The position numbers were made by a program, and so were the translations under genes. Below the pieces are notes generated by a model. It searched no databases, was not told the origin of the DNA, and saw only the letters and a list, made by a program, of their open reading frames with translations. From Parcubacteria group bacterium Licking1014_17 (GTDB lineage Bacteria > Patescibacteriota > Minisyncoccia > 2-02-FULL-40-12 > IGHO2-01-FULL-4-A): 64,000 nucleotides of DNA. This document shows, piece by piece, positions 20,550 to 30,089 of this stretch (position 1 is its first letter; each line of letters begins with the position of its first letter). The stretch lies in NCBI GenBank assembly GCA_007376485.1, contig VMGJ01000006.1, positions 779-64,778 on the forward strand, written 5' to 3'.

Positions 20550-20959
20550 TTTTGTTTCTTAATGCAATTGGCGCAGAATAACGCGCATGGCATTGCTTCC
20601 AATCGTTTTAATTCAATGAGATTGCCGCAATTTTCGCATAAGCTGTACTTATCTTGGTCAATTTTGGCGATCGTTGAATCTATCAGGGCAATCCTTGCTT
20701 CCAGCATTTTTTCGATAGCTATCTCATCAGCGAATTCCGAAATGAAACGCGCCCTCTCGTCAGAGGTTACATGGGTGTCAAATTTACCCAGAATGGCAGA
20801 ATTAGAGACCGTTTTTTGGTCATTGCCGCCGGTTATCTTCTTGGACTCTTCCTCGAGTAATTTTCTTTCGGAAATTAGCTTCTGCCTGAGTTTTGATAGC
20901 GATTTAGCGTTCACCTTGGCAATATAATACAAAAAATTACTATTTGCAATAACAATCAA
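20546..20959 (-). CDS. TraR/DksA C4-type zinc finger protein
   Basis: Coiled coil followed by CENC...RLEAMP...CANC; start uncertain. Confidence 0.85.
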   Translation of the reverse strand: MIVIANSNFLYYIAKVNAKSLSKLRQKLISERKLLEEESKKITGGNDQKTVSNSAILGKFDTHVTSDERARFISEFADEIAIEKMLEARIALIDSTIAKIDQDKYSLCENCGNLIELKRLEAMPCALFCANCIKKQK

Positions 20960-21130
20960 AAAAGGGCACCATTGACCCCCGAATACCGTGTTGCTTATTG
21001 GGGAAATAATGCCCCTATTGATAAAAATTTACCAGTCCATCCACATTAGGAAAATACAAAATACACAATGTGAACTCTAACTTTGGAATGGACCAGTTCA
21101 AAGAGCCAAGCCAATTGTACATCTGGGACG

Positions 21131-21320
21131 TGTCGCAGTAAATAGCAAACTGTTGATAACATGTCATTTATGTCATAGTGACAAACTAATTATGTCATTT
21201 ATGTCACAGTGACATAAATGTATCGCGACATAACGTTTGTCACTATGTCACAATCTTTGTCACTCATGTCGCAATGTTTGTCGCGATCTTGTCATTTATG
21301 TCGTTGACACTTTGTGTCAT
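21131..21320. repeat. dense TGTCA/TGTCG motif array
   Basis: About 17 pentamers in 190 bp; direct repeat ATGTCATTTATGTCAYAGTGACA at 21161 and 21192. Confidence 0.75.
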
Positions 21321-22206
21321 TGATGATATCGCAGATATCCTTCTTGATCTGGGGGTACTTGCGTAGCATTGCGAGGGGAGCCGCTTCGTTGATATCAAAA
21401 CCAATAGCATTCCTGCCCAACCGGCTGGCGGCATAAAGCGTAGTGCCGGACCCGGCGAAAGGATCCAAGACAGTATCTCCTTTCCGGCTGAAAAGACCGA
21501 TAAATCTTTCAGCCACCTCCGGAGGACATTCCGTGGAGTAATGAGAAAAAATATGTTCGTCTTTTATTAAGCCAGTTTTGTCCATTAACGGCTTAAGTGG
21601 ATTTATTAGTTGTTTGGGCAATATTTTTGACAAGCCGAATAAGAATCTGAAAATAAGCCGGGAATTCAATATTTTTGGATGGGTTTTAAGCGACCATACG
21701 GGGTCCCAGTAAAACTGTCTTAAAATCTCGCGGTAATTATTCGAAGAACCGCCTGTTTTCTGAAAAATTAAAATAAATTGAAATCTCGCGCCCCCGGATT
21801 TCATATCACCCCTGTCTTTCCGGAGATAACGGTCCCAAACCAGTAAATTTCTATAAATTAATTCAGGAGGCATGTTTTTAACGATGTCCGCGTGAAGGGG
21901 AATATAATTAAATGAGCCATCCTTATCTTGGCGGTACAAATCATGCAACCACATAATCAAAAAACCGCCGCCTTTCAATATTTGGGCGCACTCCTGCCAC
22001 ACTTTATTGATTTTCTCCAAAAAGGCCGGGTAATCCGGAATCGCGCTTAATTGAGAGTCGTCTCTGGAATATTCAACTTCATTCCAGTAAGGCGGTCCTG
22101 TCATTATCAAATCAACCGATTTGGGCGATAAAAAAGACCCCGCGTGGCGGGAGTCGGCTATGTAGTATTTGATTGAGGCCGGGAAAGCCGGGGTCTTTTT
22201 GGACAC
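21292..22206 (-). CDS. orphan N4/N6 DNA methyltransferase-like protein (beta class)
   Basis: SVDLIMTGPPY before VLDPFAGSGTT. Confidence 0.8.
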   Translation of the reverse strand: MSKKTPAFPASIKYYIADSRHAGSFLSPKSVDLIMTGPPYWNEVEYSRDDSQLSAIPDYPAFLEKINKVWQECAQILKGGGFLIMWLHDLYRQDKDGSFNYIPLHADIVKNMPPELIYRNLLVWDRYLRKDRGDMKSGGARFQFILIFQKTGGSSNNYREILRQFYWDPVWSLKTHPKILNSRLIFRFLFGLSKILPKQLINPLKPLMDKTGLIKDEHIFSHYSTECPPEVAERFIGLFSRKGDTVLDPFAGSGTTLYAASRLGRNAIGFDINEAAPLAMLRKYPQIKKDICDIINDTKCQRHK

Positions 22207-22214
22207 TTTTATTT

Positions 22215-23447
22215 TTATTGGCCGCCAGTACCGCCTTTGTAATTCAAAAGCGTATCCACAGCCAGTCTGAACGACTCTTTAGACGATCCAATTACCAGGT
22301 AATCGCCGCTGTTAATACTGACCGCGGCGACGGCAAACCCAAGGTTTTTATCGGCAACTTGAATATATTTGAAAGGCACACCGGAGTATACATCGTCGTT
22401 AAGAGAATTTCCGGTGGTTTGATACCCGAATATTCCGGCAAAATCACTCGGCATGTTGGCGGCCCAGTCGCTTATAGTTTTCTGAATATCCGAATCGCCT
22501 GATGATTTAACCACCAACACAATTCTATTGCCAACGAAGGTTCCATTATCGCTTTGATTATATAATCCCAAAATCCAGTCGGTGGAAGAAAAGAGGGCAT
22601 CGTCATTCAGTGCGGAGATATCAATACTAAACCTGTTCAGAAACTCGCCGAATGAATAAAGGACGCCGCCTTTGGTATCGCCGACTATTTGATAAGGATT
22701 TATCGAACCGGCGGCAACTTGTTCTGCGGCAATCGCGCTGGATAAAAGAGACAACGCGTCGCCGGTGTAGGGAAGAGTAATATCTTTGGCGATGCCGAAG
22801 ATTGACTCAGTGGTTAACGGTGTGGCGTTTCCGCTAACCGTAGGCGTAGGCGTTGCGTTTTCTCCGCCGCCGCCGACTGTTTTGTATATTATATAGCCGA
22901 TAACACCCAGCAAAATCAGCGCGATTACGGCGACTATTATTATTTTTAAAGTTTTAGACGGCGATTGCTGGGGAGGAACCGGAATCGTGCTTGAGGGCAT
23001 CGGTTTGACGGGACCCGGGACAGTCAGTTTCGGAGGCACAATGATTGGTGCCGGACTTATTGTATTTATTGGCGGGGCGGTCCTGATAACCGGTGCCGGC
23101 GCTGAGGTTGGCGGTTTAGGCGCGATGGTAGGCGGAGCCGGGGGCGGCGTGATGGCGCTTTTTATATCAACACTGGAACCAATCGGCTGGGAACCCTTTC
23201 TTAAAGCGCTGACATCTTCCTGCATTGTGCGGATGGTTGTTTTGATATTGTCGCCGCTGGGAATACCAGTCGCCTGCACGCCCATGGGCGGTGTGGCTGG
23301 TTTCGGACTTGTGGCAATTTGAGACGCTATATCAGCCGCCATGTCGTTTTTTACGGGAGGCGGAGGCGTAGGTAGCGGGGGATTAATATTGTTGTTTTGG
23401 GGAGGGCGAGTTGGCGCAGGACCGCCGATTGGATTTATGTCAGCCAC
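22215..23447 (-). CDS. Pro-rich membrane protein
   Basis: Pro-rich N-terminus with IRTMQED motif and a single TM helix. Confidence 0.75.
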   Translation of the reverse strand: MADINPIGGPAPTRPPQNNNINPPLPTPPPPVKNDMAADIASQIATSPKPATPPMGVQATGIPSGDNIKTTIRTMQEDVSALRKGSQPIGSSVDIKSAITPPPAPPTIAPKPPTSAPAPVIRTAPPINTISPAPIIVPPKLTVPGPVKPMPSSTIPVPPQQSPSKTLKIIIVAVIALILLGVIGYIIYKTVGGGGENATPTPTVSGNATPLTTESIFGIAKDITLPYTGDALSLLSSAIAAEQVAAGSINPYQIVGDTKGGVLYSFGEFLNRFSIDISALNDDALFSSTDWILGLYNQSDNGTFVGNRIVLVVKSSGDSDIQKTISDWAANMPSDFAGIFGYQTTGNSLNDDVYSGVPFKYIQVADKNLGFAVAAVSINSGDYLVIGSSKESFRLAVDTLLNYKGGTGGQ

Positions 23448-23515
23448 GATTATTTTGCGACTCGCGCCCTACTGTGGCGGTCAGCAGCACGCACAATTAA
23501 GGCCGGAGTCACAGG

Positions 23516-25630
23516 TTAAATATTCCCGCGCTCATTATCAGGGCGCATGGTCAAATTTATTCTACCATAGCTGTCTATATTTTTCACACGAACGTGGACA
23601 ACTTGGCCTGTCTTCAAAACATCCGAGGGTTTCGCGATTCTGCGGTCGGATATTTCCGACACGTGAACTAGCCCTTCGTGTCCCGGCATAAATTCAACCA
23701 TTGCCCCGAATTCAAACAATCTGGTTACTTTGCCGTCGAATTCATCGCCAGTCACCGCTTCGTAGGTAATCTCCTTTATCATGCCTTTGGCTTTTTCCAT
23801 GGCATCATTGCTCATCGCCGAAACGAAAACCGAACCGTCCTGCTCGATGTCTATTTCCACTCCTGTTTTATTGATTATGTCGTTTATAACTTTGCCCTGG
23901 GGACCAATGAGAGACCGGATTTTTTCGGGGTTGATGTGCAGTATTTCAATTCTTGGAGCGTGCTCGGAAAGATTTGCCCGAGGCGCGGCGATAGTTTTAT
24001 CCATAACTTCAAGAATTTCCAATCTGGCTTTTCTGGCTTGCGTGAGGGCTTTTTCAAGAATTTCAGCGGTGACTCCTTCCACTTTTACGTCCATTTGCAT
24101 AGCCGTAACGCCATCTTTGGTTCCGGCGACTTTTAAGTCCATATCGCCGAAGTAATCTTCCGGTCCCTGGATATCGGTTAGAATTTTGTAATCATTTTTA
24201 TCGCCCAACATTATGCCCATGGCTATGCCCGCCGCCGGAGCCGGTATTGGAACACCACCGTCCATCAACGCTAGCGATGAACCGCAAACCGAAGCCATGG
24301 AAGACGACCCGTTTGACGATAAAATTTCAGAAACAAGGCGGATAGTGTAGGGAAATTTCGTCTTTTCCGGAATTAAAGGCAGAAGAGCGCGCTCCGCTAA
24401 AGCACCGTGTCCGATTTCGCGCCTGCCGGCTCCGCCCATGCGTCCGACTTCGCCGACGCTGAAAGGCGGAAACACGTAATGGTGCATAAAACGTTTTTTT
24501 GTCAGGTTTATTTCCATCGTTTCTATCCATTGTTCCATACCCGGTGCCGCCAGAGTAAGAATTGAAAGCGCCTGCGTCGAACCCCTGTTGAATAATCCCG
24601 AGCCGTGCGCCTGTGGCAAAACCGCCACCTCGGCGCTGATATTTCTCAACTCATCCGGTTTTCTGCCGTCCGGCCTTTTGTCTTTTTCCAGGACATTTTT
24701 ATGAACCAACTGGCTGACGGTTTCATCAAATATAGCCGGCAGTTTTTTAAGTTTATTCCCCAAATTCTTATCGCCTTGGTAAGTAGCAGACACGTGTTCT
24801 TCGAGTGATTTTTTGGCGCTTTCAAGCCCGTGATAATAAGCCTGTTTATCAGCGGTGTAAACCACTTTTTCGAGGATAGGATTTAGAAATTCAGCCGCCT
24901 TTTTAGAAAACTCGCCGTCGGTGGGAATTATAACCGACATTTTCTTCTCAACGCCGGCTTCGGAAGCTATCTTTTTCTGGAAGTCGGATAATTTTTTTAT
25001 TTCTTTAAAGCCGAATTCGATGGCTTCGATAATATTTTTTTCGGGAATAATATTCGCGCCGGCTTCAACCATGTTAATTCTGTTTTCCGTGCCCGAAACC
25101 ACAATGTCAAAATCACCGGCAACCCTTTGTTCGTATGTGGGGTTTATGACAAGTTTGCCGTCAACTCTGCCGATTCTCACGCCGGCCACGGGACCGTCAA
25201 AAGGGATATCCGAAATCATAAGCGCCAGCGAGGCGCCGAAAAGCGCCGGAATATCCGGGTCATTTTCCCCGTCAAAAGACAAAACCAAAGCCACCACCTG
25301 CACTTCGTTGCGGATCGATTGGTCGAATCTCGGCCTGATTGTGCGGTCTATTAGGCGACCGCTTAAAATTGCTTCATCAGACGGCCTCGTTTCTCTTTTT
25401 ATCCATTTCGAGCCCTTTATTTTGCCGGCGGCGTAATACCTTTCTTCGTAGTCAACCATCAGCGGAAAATAATCCGATTCTTTCGGATTTTCGGACATCG
25501 TGGCAACCGCCAGTACGACGGTGTTGCCGTATTGAACTCTGCAGGAGCCATTTGCCTGCCCGGCAAGGCGTCCAAGCTCAACGGAGAGTTTTCTTCCGTT
25601 AAATTCCATGCTGTAATTTTTCACTTCCAT
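23516..25630 (-). CDS. pnp: polyribonucleotide nucleotidyltransferase
   Basis: RREIGHGALAERAL, SNGSSSMAS, GDMDLKVAG; KH and S1 domains. Confidence 0.97.
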   Translation of the reverse strand: MEVKNYSMEFNGRKLSVELGRLAGQANGSCRVQYGNTVVLAVATMSENPKESDYFPLMVDYEERYYAAGKIKGSKWIKRETRPSDEAILSGRLIDRTIRPRFDQSIRNEVQVVALVLSFDGENDPDIPALFGASLALMISDIPFDGPVAGVRIGRVDGKLVINPTYEQRVAGDFDIVVSGTENRINMVEAGANIIPEKNIIEAIEFGFKEIKKLSDFQKKIASEAGVEKKMSVIIPTDGEFSKKAAEFLNPILEKVVYTADKQAYYHGLESAKKSLEEHVSATYQGDKNLGNKLKKLPAIFDETVSQLVHKNVLEKDKRPDGRKPDELRNISAEVAVLPQAHGSGLFNRGSTQALSILTLAAPGMEQWIETMEINLTKKRFMHHYVFPPFSVGEVGRMGGAGRREIGHGALAERALLPLIPEKTKFPYTIRLVSEILSSNGSSSMASVCGSSLALMDGGVPIPAPAAGIAMGIMLGDKNDYKILTDIQGPEDYFGDMDLKVAGTKDGVTAMQMDVKVEGVTAEILEKALTQARKARLEILEVMDKTIAAPRANLSEHAPRIEILHINPEKIRSLIGPQGKVINDIINKTGVEIDIEQDGSVFVSAMSNDAMEKAKGMIKEITYEAVTGDEFDGKVTRLFEFGAMVEFMPGHEGLVHVSEISDRRIAKPSDVLKTGQVVHVRVKNIDSYGRINLTMRPDNERGNI

Positions 25631-25637
25631 CTTTTTT

Positions 25638-25728
25638 CGGGCGCAAGGAGTACCGGGTTCTGGCTGGGCGCTTCAAGATATTGAATCGTCAAGCCAAAGC
25701 CCCATACATCGTTTCCCCTTTGTGCCCG
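25638..25728 (-). promoter_or_regulatory. long hairpin in the pnp leader
   Basis: CGGGCACAAAGG...CCTTGCGCCCG closing a ~90-nt stem immediately before the pnp ATG. Confidence 0.45.
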
Positions 25729-25748
25729 GGGTTATTTATTATATTTTC

Positions 25749-26282
25749 TTACTTGATTAAATATTTTTTAATGTCCGTTTCAAGGTCAATAAACAAATCA
25801 GCCGCTTCCTTGAGCTTGTTTGATGTGCTTCTGCCGAACGACAAAACTTCGACTTTTAATCCTTTCGAGATTTTCAGATAATCTATTAAAGGTATAAAAT
25901 CGCCGTCGCCGGTGACCAAAACTGCGACATCCAGCTTATCCGCCAAGCTTATGGCGTCTATCGCGATGCCCACGTCCCAGTCGGCTTTTTTAGTGCCGTC
26001 GGCGAACACCTGAAGGTCTTTTATTTTGATTTCATAGCCGCTCTTCTCTAATGCCTCCAGGAAAGCTTTCTCCTCGCCGGTCTCAGTTTTAATCACGTAT
26101 ATGAAAGCGCGGATGAGCTTGCGATTTCTTAACGCCTCATCAAGCACTTGTTTGAAATTAACTTTCGCCCTGTAGAGGTTTTTGGCCGAGTGGTACATGT
26201 TCTGGGCGTCAACGAAAACGCCTACCCTTTGGGAAGGGGATGCCGATGTATCGGTCACGGGTTTTTTCGTGAATAAAGGCAC
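25749..26282 (-). CDS. NYN domain (LabA/DUF88) protein
   Basis: FVDAQN, KADWDVGIAID, VTGDGDF. Confidence 0.92.
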   Translation of the reverse strand: MPLFTKKPVTDTSASPSQRVGVFVDAQNMYHSAKNLYRAKVNFKQVLDEALRNRKLIRAFIYVIKTETGEEKAFLEALEKSGYEIKIKDLQVFADGTKKADWDVGIAIDAISLADKLDVAVLVTGDGDFIPLIDYLKISKGLKVEVLSFGRSTSNKLKEAADLFIDLETDIKKYLIK

Positions 26283-26286
26283 TTTA

Positions 26287-26550
26287 TTATTTCAAGCCCA
26301 GCTCCTTGGTAAGTTTAGCATATTTGCCGGGAAACTTATCCCTAAGATAGTCCATAAGCTTCTTGCGCTTGGCAATCATTTTCAGCAAACCCACTCTGGA
26401 ACTGTTGTCTTTGCGGTGTTTCTTCAAATGAGAAACGAGCTCTTCGATCTGCTCGGTAAATAAAGCCGCCTGCACTTCCGCGGAACCGGTGTCGCGCTCA
26501 TGGCGAGCGTGAGTTTCCATAATTTTTGACTTGGCCTTACCTTTTAACAT
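26287..26550 (-). CDS. rpsO: 30S ribosomal protein S15
   Basis: DTGSAEVQ, HLKKHRKD.SSR.GL. Confidence 0.96.
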   Translation of the reverse strand: MLKGKAKSKIMETHARHERDTGSAEVQAALFTEQIEELVSHLKKHRKDNSSRVGLLKMIAKRKKLMDYLRDKFPGKYAKLTKELGLK

Positions 26551-26620
26551 ATTAGGCTTCAATCATGGCATAAAACCAAAAAACACGCAAATCCCGCTGT
26601 TTCTGGTATAATTCAACCAA

Positions 26621-27535
26621 ATGGGTAAAATTAACGAAATAAAATCCGAATTCCTGGAATACATCGAGATTGAGAAGAATCGCTCGCCGAGAACCGTGGC
26701 AAATTACGACCATTATTTGAGCCGCTTCTTTCAGTTCACGAAGCCGGAGTCCATTTCCGACATATCCGAGGACTCAATCAGAAAATTCAGATTGTATCTA
26801 AACCGGCTGGCTGATGAAAGGGGGCAACCGCTGAAAAAAGTCACCCAGAATTACCACGTAATCGCTTTGCGGGCGTTTTTGAAATATCTTACCAAGCGCA
26901 ATATCAAATGCGTGCCGCCGGAGCGAGTTGAGCTGGGCAAACAGGAGGAAAGAGAGGTTACTTTTCTGGACGAAAAAGAACTGGAAAAATTTTTGAAGTC
27001 GCCGGCGGGCGATTCGGTGGCAGCTTTGCGCGACCGGGCGATTCTGGAAACTCTTTTTTCGACCGGCTTGCGCGTTTCGGAGCTGTGTTCTCTGGACAGG
27101 GATGGCATCAATCTTGGCAGGGGAGAGTTTTCGGTCCGCGGCAAGGGCAATAAAATCAGGGTTGTGTTTTTATCGGATACGGCGAAAGAATGCCTGAAGA
27201 CCTACTTGAATAAGCGCATGGATGCCGACCCGGCTCTTTTTATCCGTGTTCCGAAGTCGGGCAAGTTCGAAAAATTTCCGGACCTGCGGCTGACTCCGCG
27301 AAGCATCCAGAGAATAATCACCAAATACGCGATTATATCCGGAATTGTGGGGAAAAAAGTTTCGCCCCACACCCTCCGTCATTCTTTCGCGACCGATTTG
27401 TTGCGAAACGGCGCGGATATCAGGTCTGTGCAGTCGTTGCTTGGGCACGCCTCCGTTACGACGACGCAGATTTACACCCATGTTACCGATAAACAATTGA
27501 GAGAGGTTCACGAGCGGTTCCACAGGAAGAAGTAA
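26621..27535 (+). CDS. xerC: Xer-family tyrosine recombinase
   Basis: TGLRVSEL, KGNK, HTLRHSFAT, LLGH, TQIY; XerC versus XerD not resolvable here. Confidence 0.88.
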   Translation: MGKINEIKSEFLEYIEIEKNRSPRTVANYDHYLSRFFQFTKPESISDISEDSIRKFRLYLNRLADERGQPLKKVTQNYHVIALRAFLKYLTKRNIKCVPPERVELGKQEEREVTFLDEKELEKFLKSPAGDSVAALRDRAILETLFSTGLRVSELCSLDRDGINLGRGEFSVRGKGNKIRVVFLSDTAKECLKTYLNKRMDADPALFIRVPKSGKFEKFPDLRLTPRSIQRIITKYAIISGIVGKKVSPHTLRHSFATDLLRNGADIRSVQSLLGHASVTTTQIYTHVTDKQLREVHERFHRKK

Positions 27536-27548
27536 AAAAATCAGCTTC

Positions 27549-27691
27549 CTAACTCTTTTTCGGGACTGGATTTTCTCCAGCGATGAAAATCCATCTGGTG
27601 AGATTACCGCCATTTGTCAAGGCGTTCACTTCGTTCAGCCGTTGACAAAACCATGCTGGCGGCAATCTCAACAGCCCTCGAAAGAGTTAGT
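27549..27691 (+). repeat. structured dispersed element, copy B
   Basis: Homologous to 6782-6932 with compensatory stem changes; TCCAGCGAT loop; ACCATGC bulge. Confidence 0.8.
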
Positions 27692-27718
27692 TCGCTTTCT
27701 TTTTGTCTTGAATAATCC

Positions 27719-28081
27719 TTAGCCCTTGTATATCAGATGGATACTGCCGATAAGTGGCAGGGGTTTCATTTCGCCCTTTGAAGCGCTGATGATGCCCATT
27801 ATTAATAAAACCAGTCCGAAAAGTCCGATAAGCCAGCCGACAAAAAACACCCTCATCAGCAAAGAACCCACCAGCCATACGATTAAAATCAGCAGGTGCT
27901 GGTTGGCGTGGAACATCGCGAATTTGCTGTTCTTCGCTCCGGTAAGCAGAGGCACAAAAAACAGAACAGGGATTATGTATCCGATTATCGCCAATATCTT
28001 GTGTTTCTCGACGTCGCTTTGAGGAGCTGGCTGCTGCGGCTGCTGACCCCCGCCGGGTGTTTGTTGAGTTTGTTCGTCCAT
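27719..28081 (-). CDS. DUF4870-like membrane protein
   Basis: LAIIGY...SKFAMFHANQ...GEMKPLPLIG. Confidence 0.8.
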   Translation of the reverse strand: MDEQTQQTPGGGQQPQQPAPQSDVEKHKILAIIGYIIPVLFFVPLLTGAKNSKFAMFHANQHLLILIVWLVGSLLMRVFFVGWLIGLFGLVLLIMGIISASKGEMKPLPLIGSIHLIYKG

Positions 28082-28167
28082 ATGTTTTTTCTTTGGATAT
28101 TTTAGTCCAGAAGAATTAGTTATTTAATTCAAATGTTATCTCTAAATTTATTAAATAGCAAGAAGGA

Positions 28168-28815
28168 TTATTTAGGTTCCACCCTCAACATTAAGAACAT
28201 TGCGATTATAAACCCCGCTATTATAAACAGCAGGCTTATCAAAAACCAAAACTTCGACCTGATTTTTGATACGACTACAAACCTCTTTTCGAAACTGTCC
28301 ATAAAGGTTGCAACTTTATTATCCATATCATCTGCGCGTGATATTTTAGAGGCTGTTTTTTGGGTTCCTGCGTAGAGCTTTATTATGTCGTATCTGCTTA
28401 TGATTCCCACAAGCAAGCTATCTTTAACCACGGGCAGGGGATTCACCCCATGGTGCTCGCCAAAAATTTTAGCTGCCTCTTCCAGACCGACCTCCGGGCT
28501 TATAATCAGCGGCTCTTTATTCATTATATCTCCAACCTTCAAGGTTAATATTTTTTCCAATTCAGGGCGGATTTTCGACGAATCTTGCTTATGAATAGGG
28601 AAATCCTGCATTAGTTTGATGAATGTCGGAATATGCACATTGGCACCTTTGGAAACCAAGTCCCACTGGGTTATCACACCTAAGAGTTTATTGTCATTGG
28701 AAACTACTGGAACGCCGTCGAAGTCTCTGTCGAAAAGAAGCTGGGCGACCTCGATAACGCTGGTCTCCGGAGAAACCGAAACCACCTCCTTTGTCATAAA
28801 TTCCTTAACCTTCAT
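28168..28815 (-). CDS. CBS-pair protein with a C-terminal TM helix
   Basis: MKVKEFMT..V, GVPVV, GIISRYDI. Confidence 0.88.
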   Translation of the reverse strand: MKVKEFMTKEVVSVSPETSVIEVAQLLFDRDFDGVPVVSNDNKLLGVITQWDLVSKGANVHIPTFIKLMQDFPIHKQDSSKIRPELEKILTLKVGDIMNKEPLIISPEVGLEEAAKIFGEHHGVNPLPVVKDSLLVGIISRYDIIKLYAGTQKTASKISRADDMDNKVATFMDSFEKRFVVVSKIRSKFWFLISLLFIIAGFIIAMFLMLRVEPK

Positions 28816-28976
28816 ATGTTTTAAGTTTACACTTTTTTTGTCGTTTTTTATTAAATCTGTGGATAATTTTATTTATATACCCGGAGTATTGAGTTAAAAT
28901 ACATAAGAGGTCGAAAGTATTCTAATTACGACAAAGTGGAGATAGATAAACTATCCCATGAGTCTTTTTACGCAAA

Positions 28977-29150
28977 ATGAATAATTCCAAAGGTACGATA
29001 ATAGAAGCCCTGATGTTGCTACTGTCCATTCTAATCTTCTACATGGTTTTTTCGGCAAATTACTCGCTGAAAAAATCAGATTCCAGCGCCAAGGTGATGC
29101 AGAATATTAGGTATTGGGAACTGCCTCGGACAATTAGTCCCGGGAAGTAA
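28977..29150 (+). CDS. small membrane protein (57 aa)
   Basis: Manual translation MNNSKGTIIEALMLLLSILIFYMVFSANY...SPGK; one TM helix. Confidence 0.45.
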   Translation: MNNSKGTIIEALMLLLSILIFYMVFSANYSLKKSDSSAKVMQNIRYWELPRTISPGK

Positions 29151-29210
29151 AATTAATATTTAAAGTACCCCGATTGCTTGAATAGTAATGGGGGGACAAA
29201 TTATCCAACT

Positions 29211-29300
29211 ATGAAATTTTTATCAGGGGAAATATCAGTGGTGGCGGTTATAACGTTGATTCTACAGATGCTTACTTTCTATTTTTTGCTTGTGAAATAG
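29211..29300 (+). CDS. small hydrophobic peptide (29 aa)
   Basis: MKFLSGEISVVAVITLILQMLTFYFLLVK; followed by a strong hairpin. Confidence 0.35.
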   Translation: MKFLSGEISVVAVITLILQMLTFYFLLVK

Positions 29301-29324
29301 TTTCCTCCATTTAAAAAAGAAAAA

Positions 29325-29352
29325 GGGGTCGCGACCTTTAGGTCGCGACCCC
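29325..29352. terminator. terminator hairpin
   Basis: GGGGTCGCGACC-ttta-GGTCGCGACCCC with an A-tract on the left (U-tract on the minus strand). Confidence 0.75.
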
Positions 29353-29391
29353 GGTAATCTACCATGGATTCATACTTTTTTACCCGCGAGT

Positions 29392-29748
29392 TTACGTGCG
29401 AGAATCAACTAGCCCTTCCGATCTCTCAACGTCTTCTTCCGGTCCAACCCTGGTCTTACAGCCCGGGCAGGTTGCCCTGCCCTTATCTTCCACATCAACC
29501 CATTTATGCCCTTCTGGCCAGAATGCTGGAGATTCCCGCGAGAAACCGCAAAGCGGAAGCCCGCTATCAAGAATATGTATGACCATGCTGCTCTCCTTTT
29601 CTCTCCTCGTTTCCAGATAATATGTTTCTTGACGATGACATCCTCCCCGAGTGCAAATCATGATGAAGATATTGGTATCACTCGGCCCGCCGCCATATCT
29701 CATCAATGCTCCGCACTCCGGGCATCTCATTTCGGGTATTTCTGACAT
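29392..29748 (-). CDS. small Cys-rich (zinc-ribbon-like) protein
   Basis: CPECG...CTRGGC and H...PLCG...TCPGC. Confidence 0.6.
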   Translation of the reverse strand: MSEIPEMRCPECGALMRYGGGPSDTNIFIMICTRGGCHRQETYYLETRREKESSMVIHILDSGLPLCGFSRESPAFWPEGHKWVDVEDKGRATCPGCKTRVGPEEDVERSEGLVDSRT

Positions 29749-29865
29749 TTTTTTGCCTCTCTCATTTTACATGACAAGGTACAACCATAACCCATCTAGT
29801 CAATTTGTTCGCAAGTTTAGGTTAATGAAAATATCTGAGAAAATCAAGTAAAAGCAGAAACCGTT

Positions 29866-30060
29866 ATGGAAGGGGAGTTAGCTTCGACTCTGCCCTCGCC
29901 GTACATTCGGCCTAGTGGCATCAGTATTTCCTCACATTCGTTCGTTAATCGCTCGGGCAGGTCTGGCCACCGCCTCGCGATTTTGTCTGGTGACAAAATA
30001 TCGCTCCGGCGTTCAACTCTCCCACGCAAGGTAAGCAATTGCCTTGCTCTCGCCACCAAA
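29866..30060 (-). repeat. T-arm-mirroring element downstream of tmRNA
   Basis: Contains an inverted copy of the tmRNA T-arm (GGGAGAGTTGAAC) and shares blocks with 60797-60944. Confidence 0.65.
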
Positions 30061-30087
30061 CAAAAACCCGCCTCAGGCGGGTTTTTG
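30061..30087 (-). terminator. ssrA terminator hairpin
   Basis: CAAAAACCCGCC-tca-GGCGGGTTTTTG. Confidence 0.7.
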
Positions 30088-30089
30088 TT

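Noticed and set aside
21131-21320. CRISPR array
   Set aside because: The repeats are 5-23-bp motifs without unique ~30-bp spacers, and there are no cas genes in the window.
26621-27535. Phage/integron integrase driving the accessory region
   Set aside because: It looks like a housekeeping Xer of 304 aa with no evident IntI insertion, sits beside rpsO, and is ~14 kb from the island. No attC-type RYYYAAC...GTTRRRY array was seen.
28858-28866. oriC based on the perfect DnaA box TGTGGATAA
   Set aside because: It is an isolated box with no cluster and no dnaA/dnaN in the window.
28977-29030. Type IV prepilin
   Set aside because: KG|TIIE places Glu at +4 and lacks the canonical G|FTLxE pattern.
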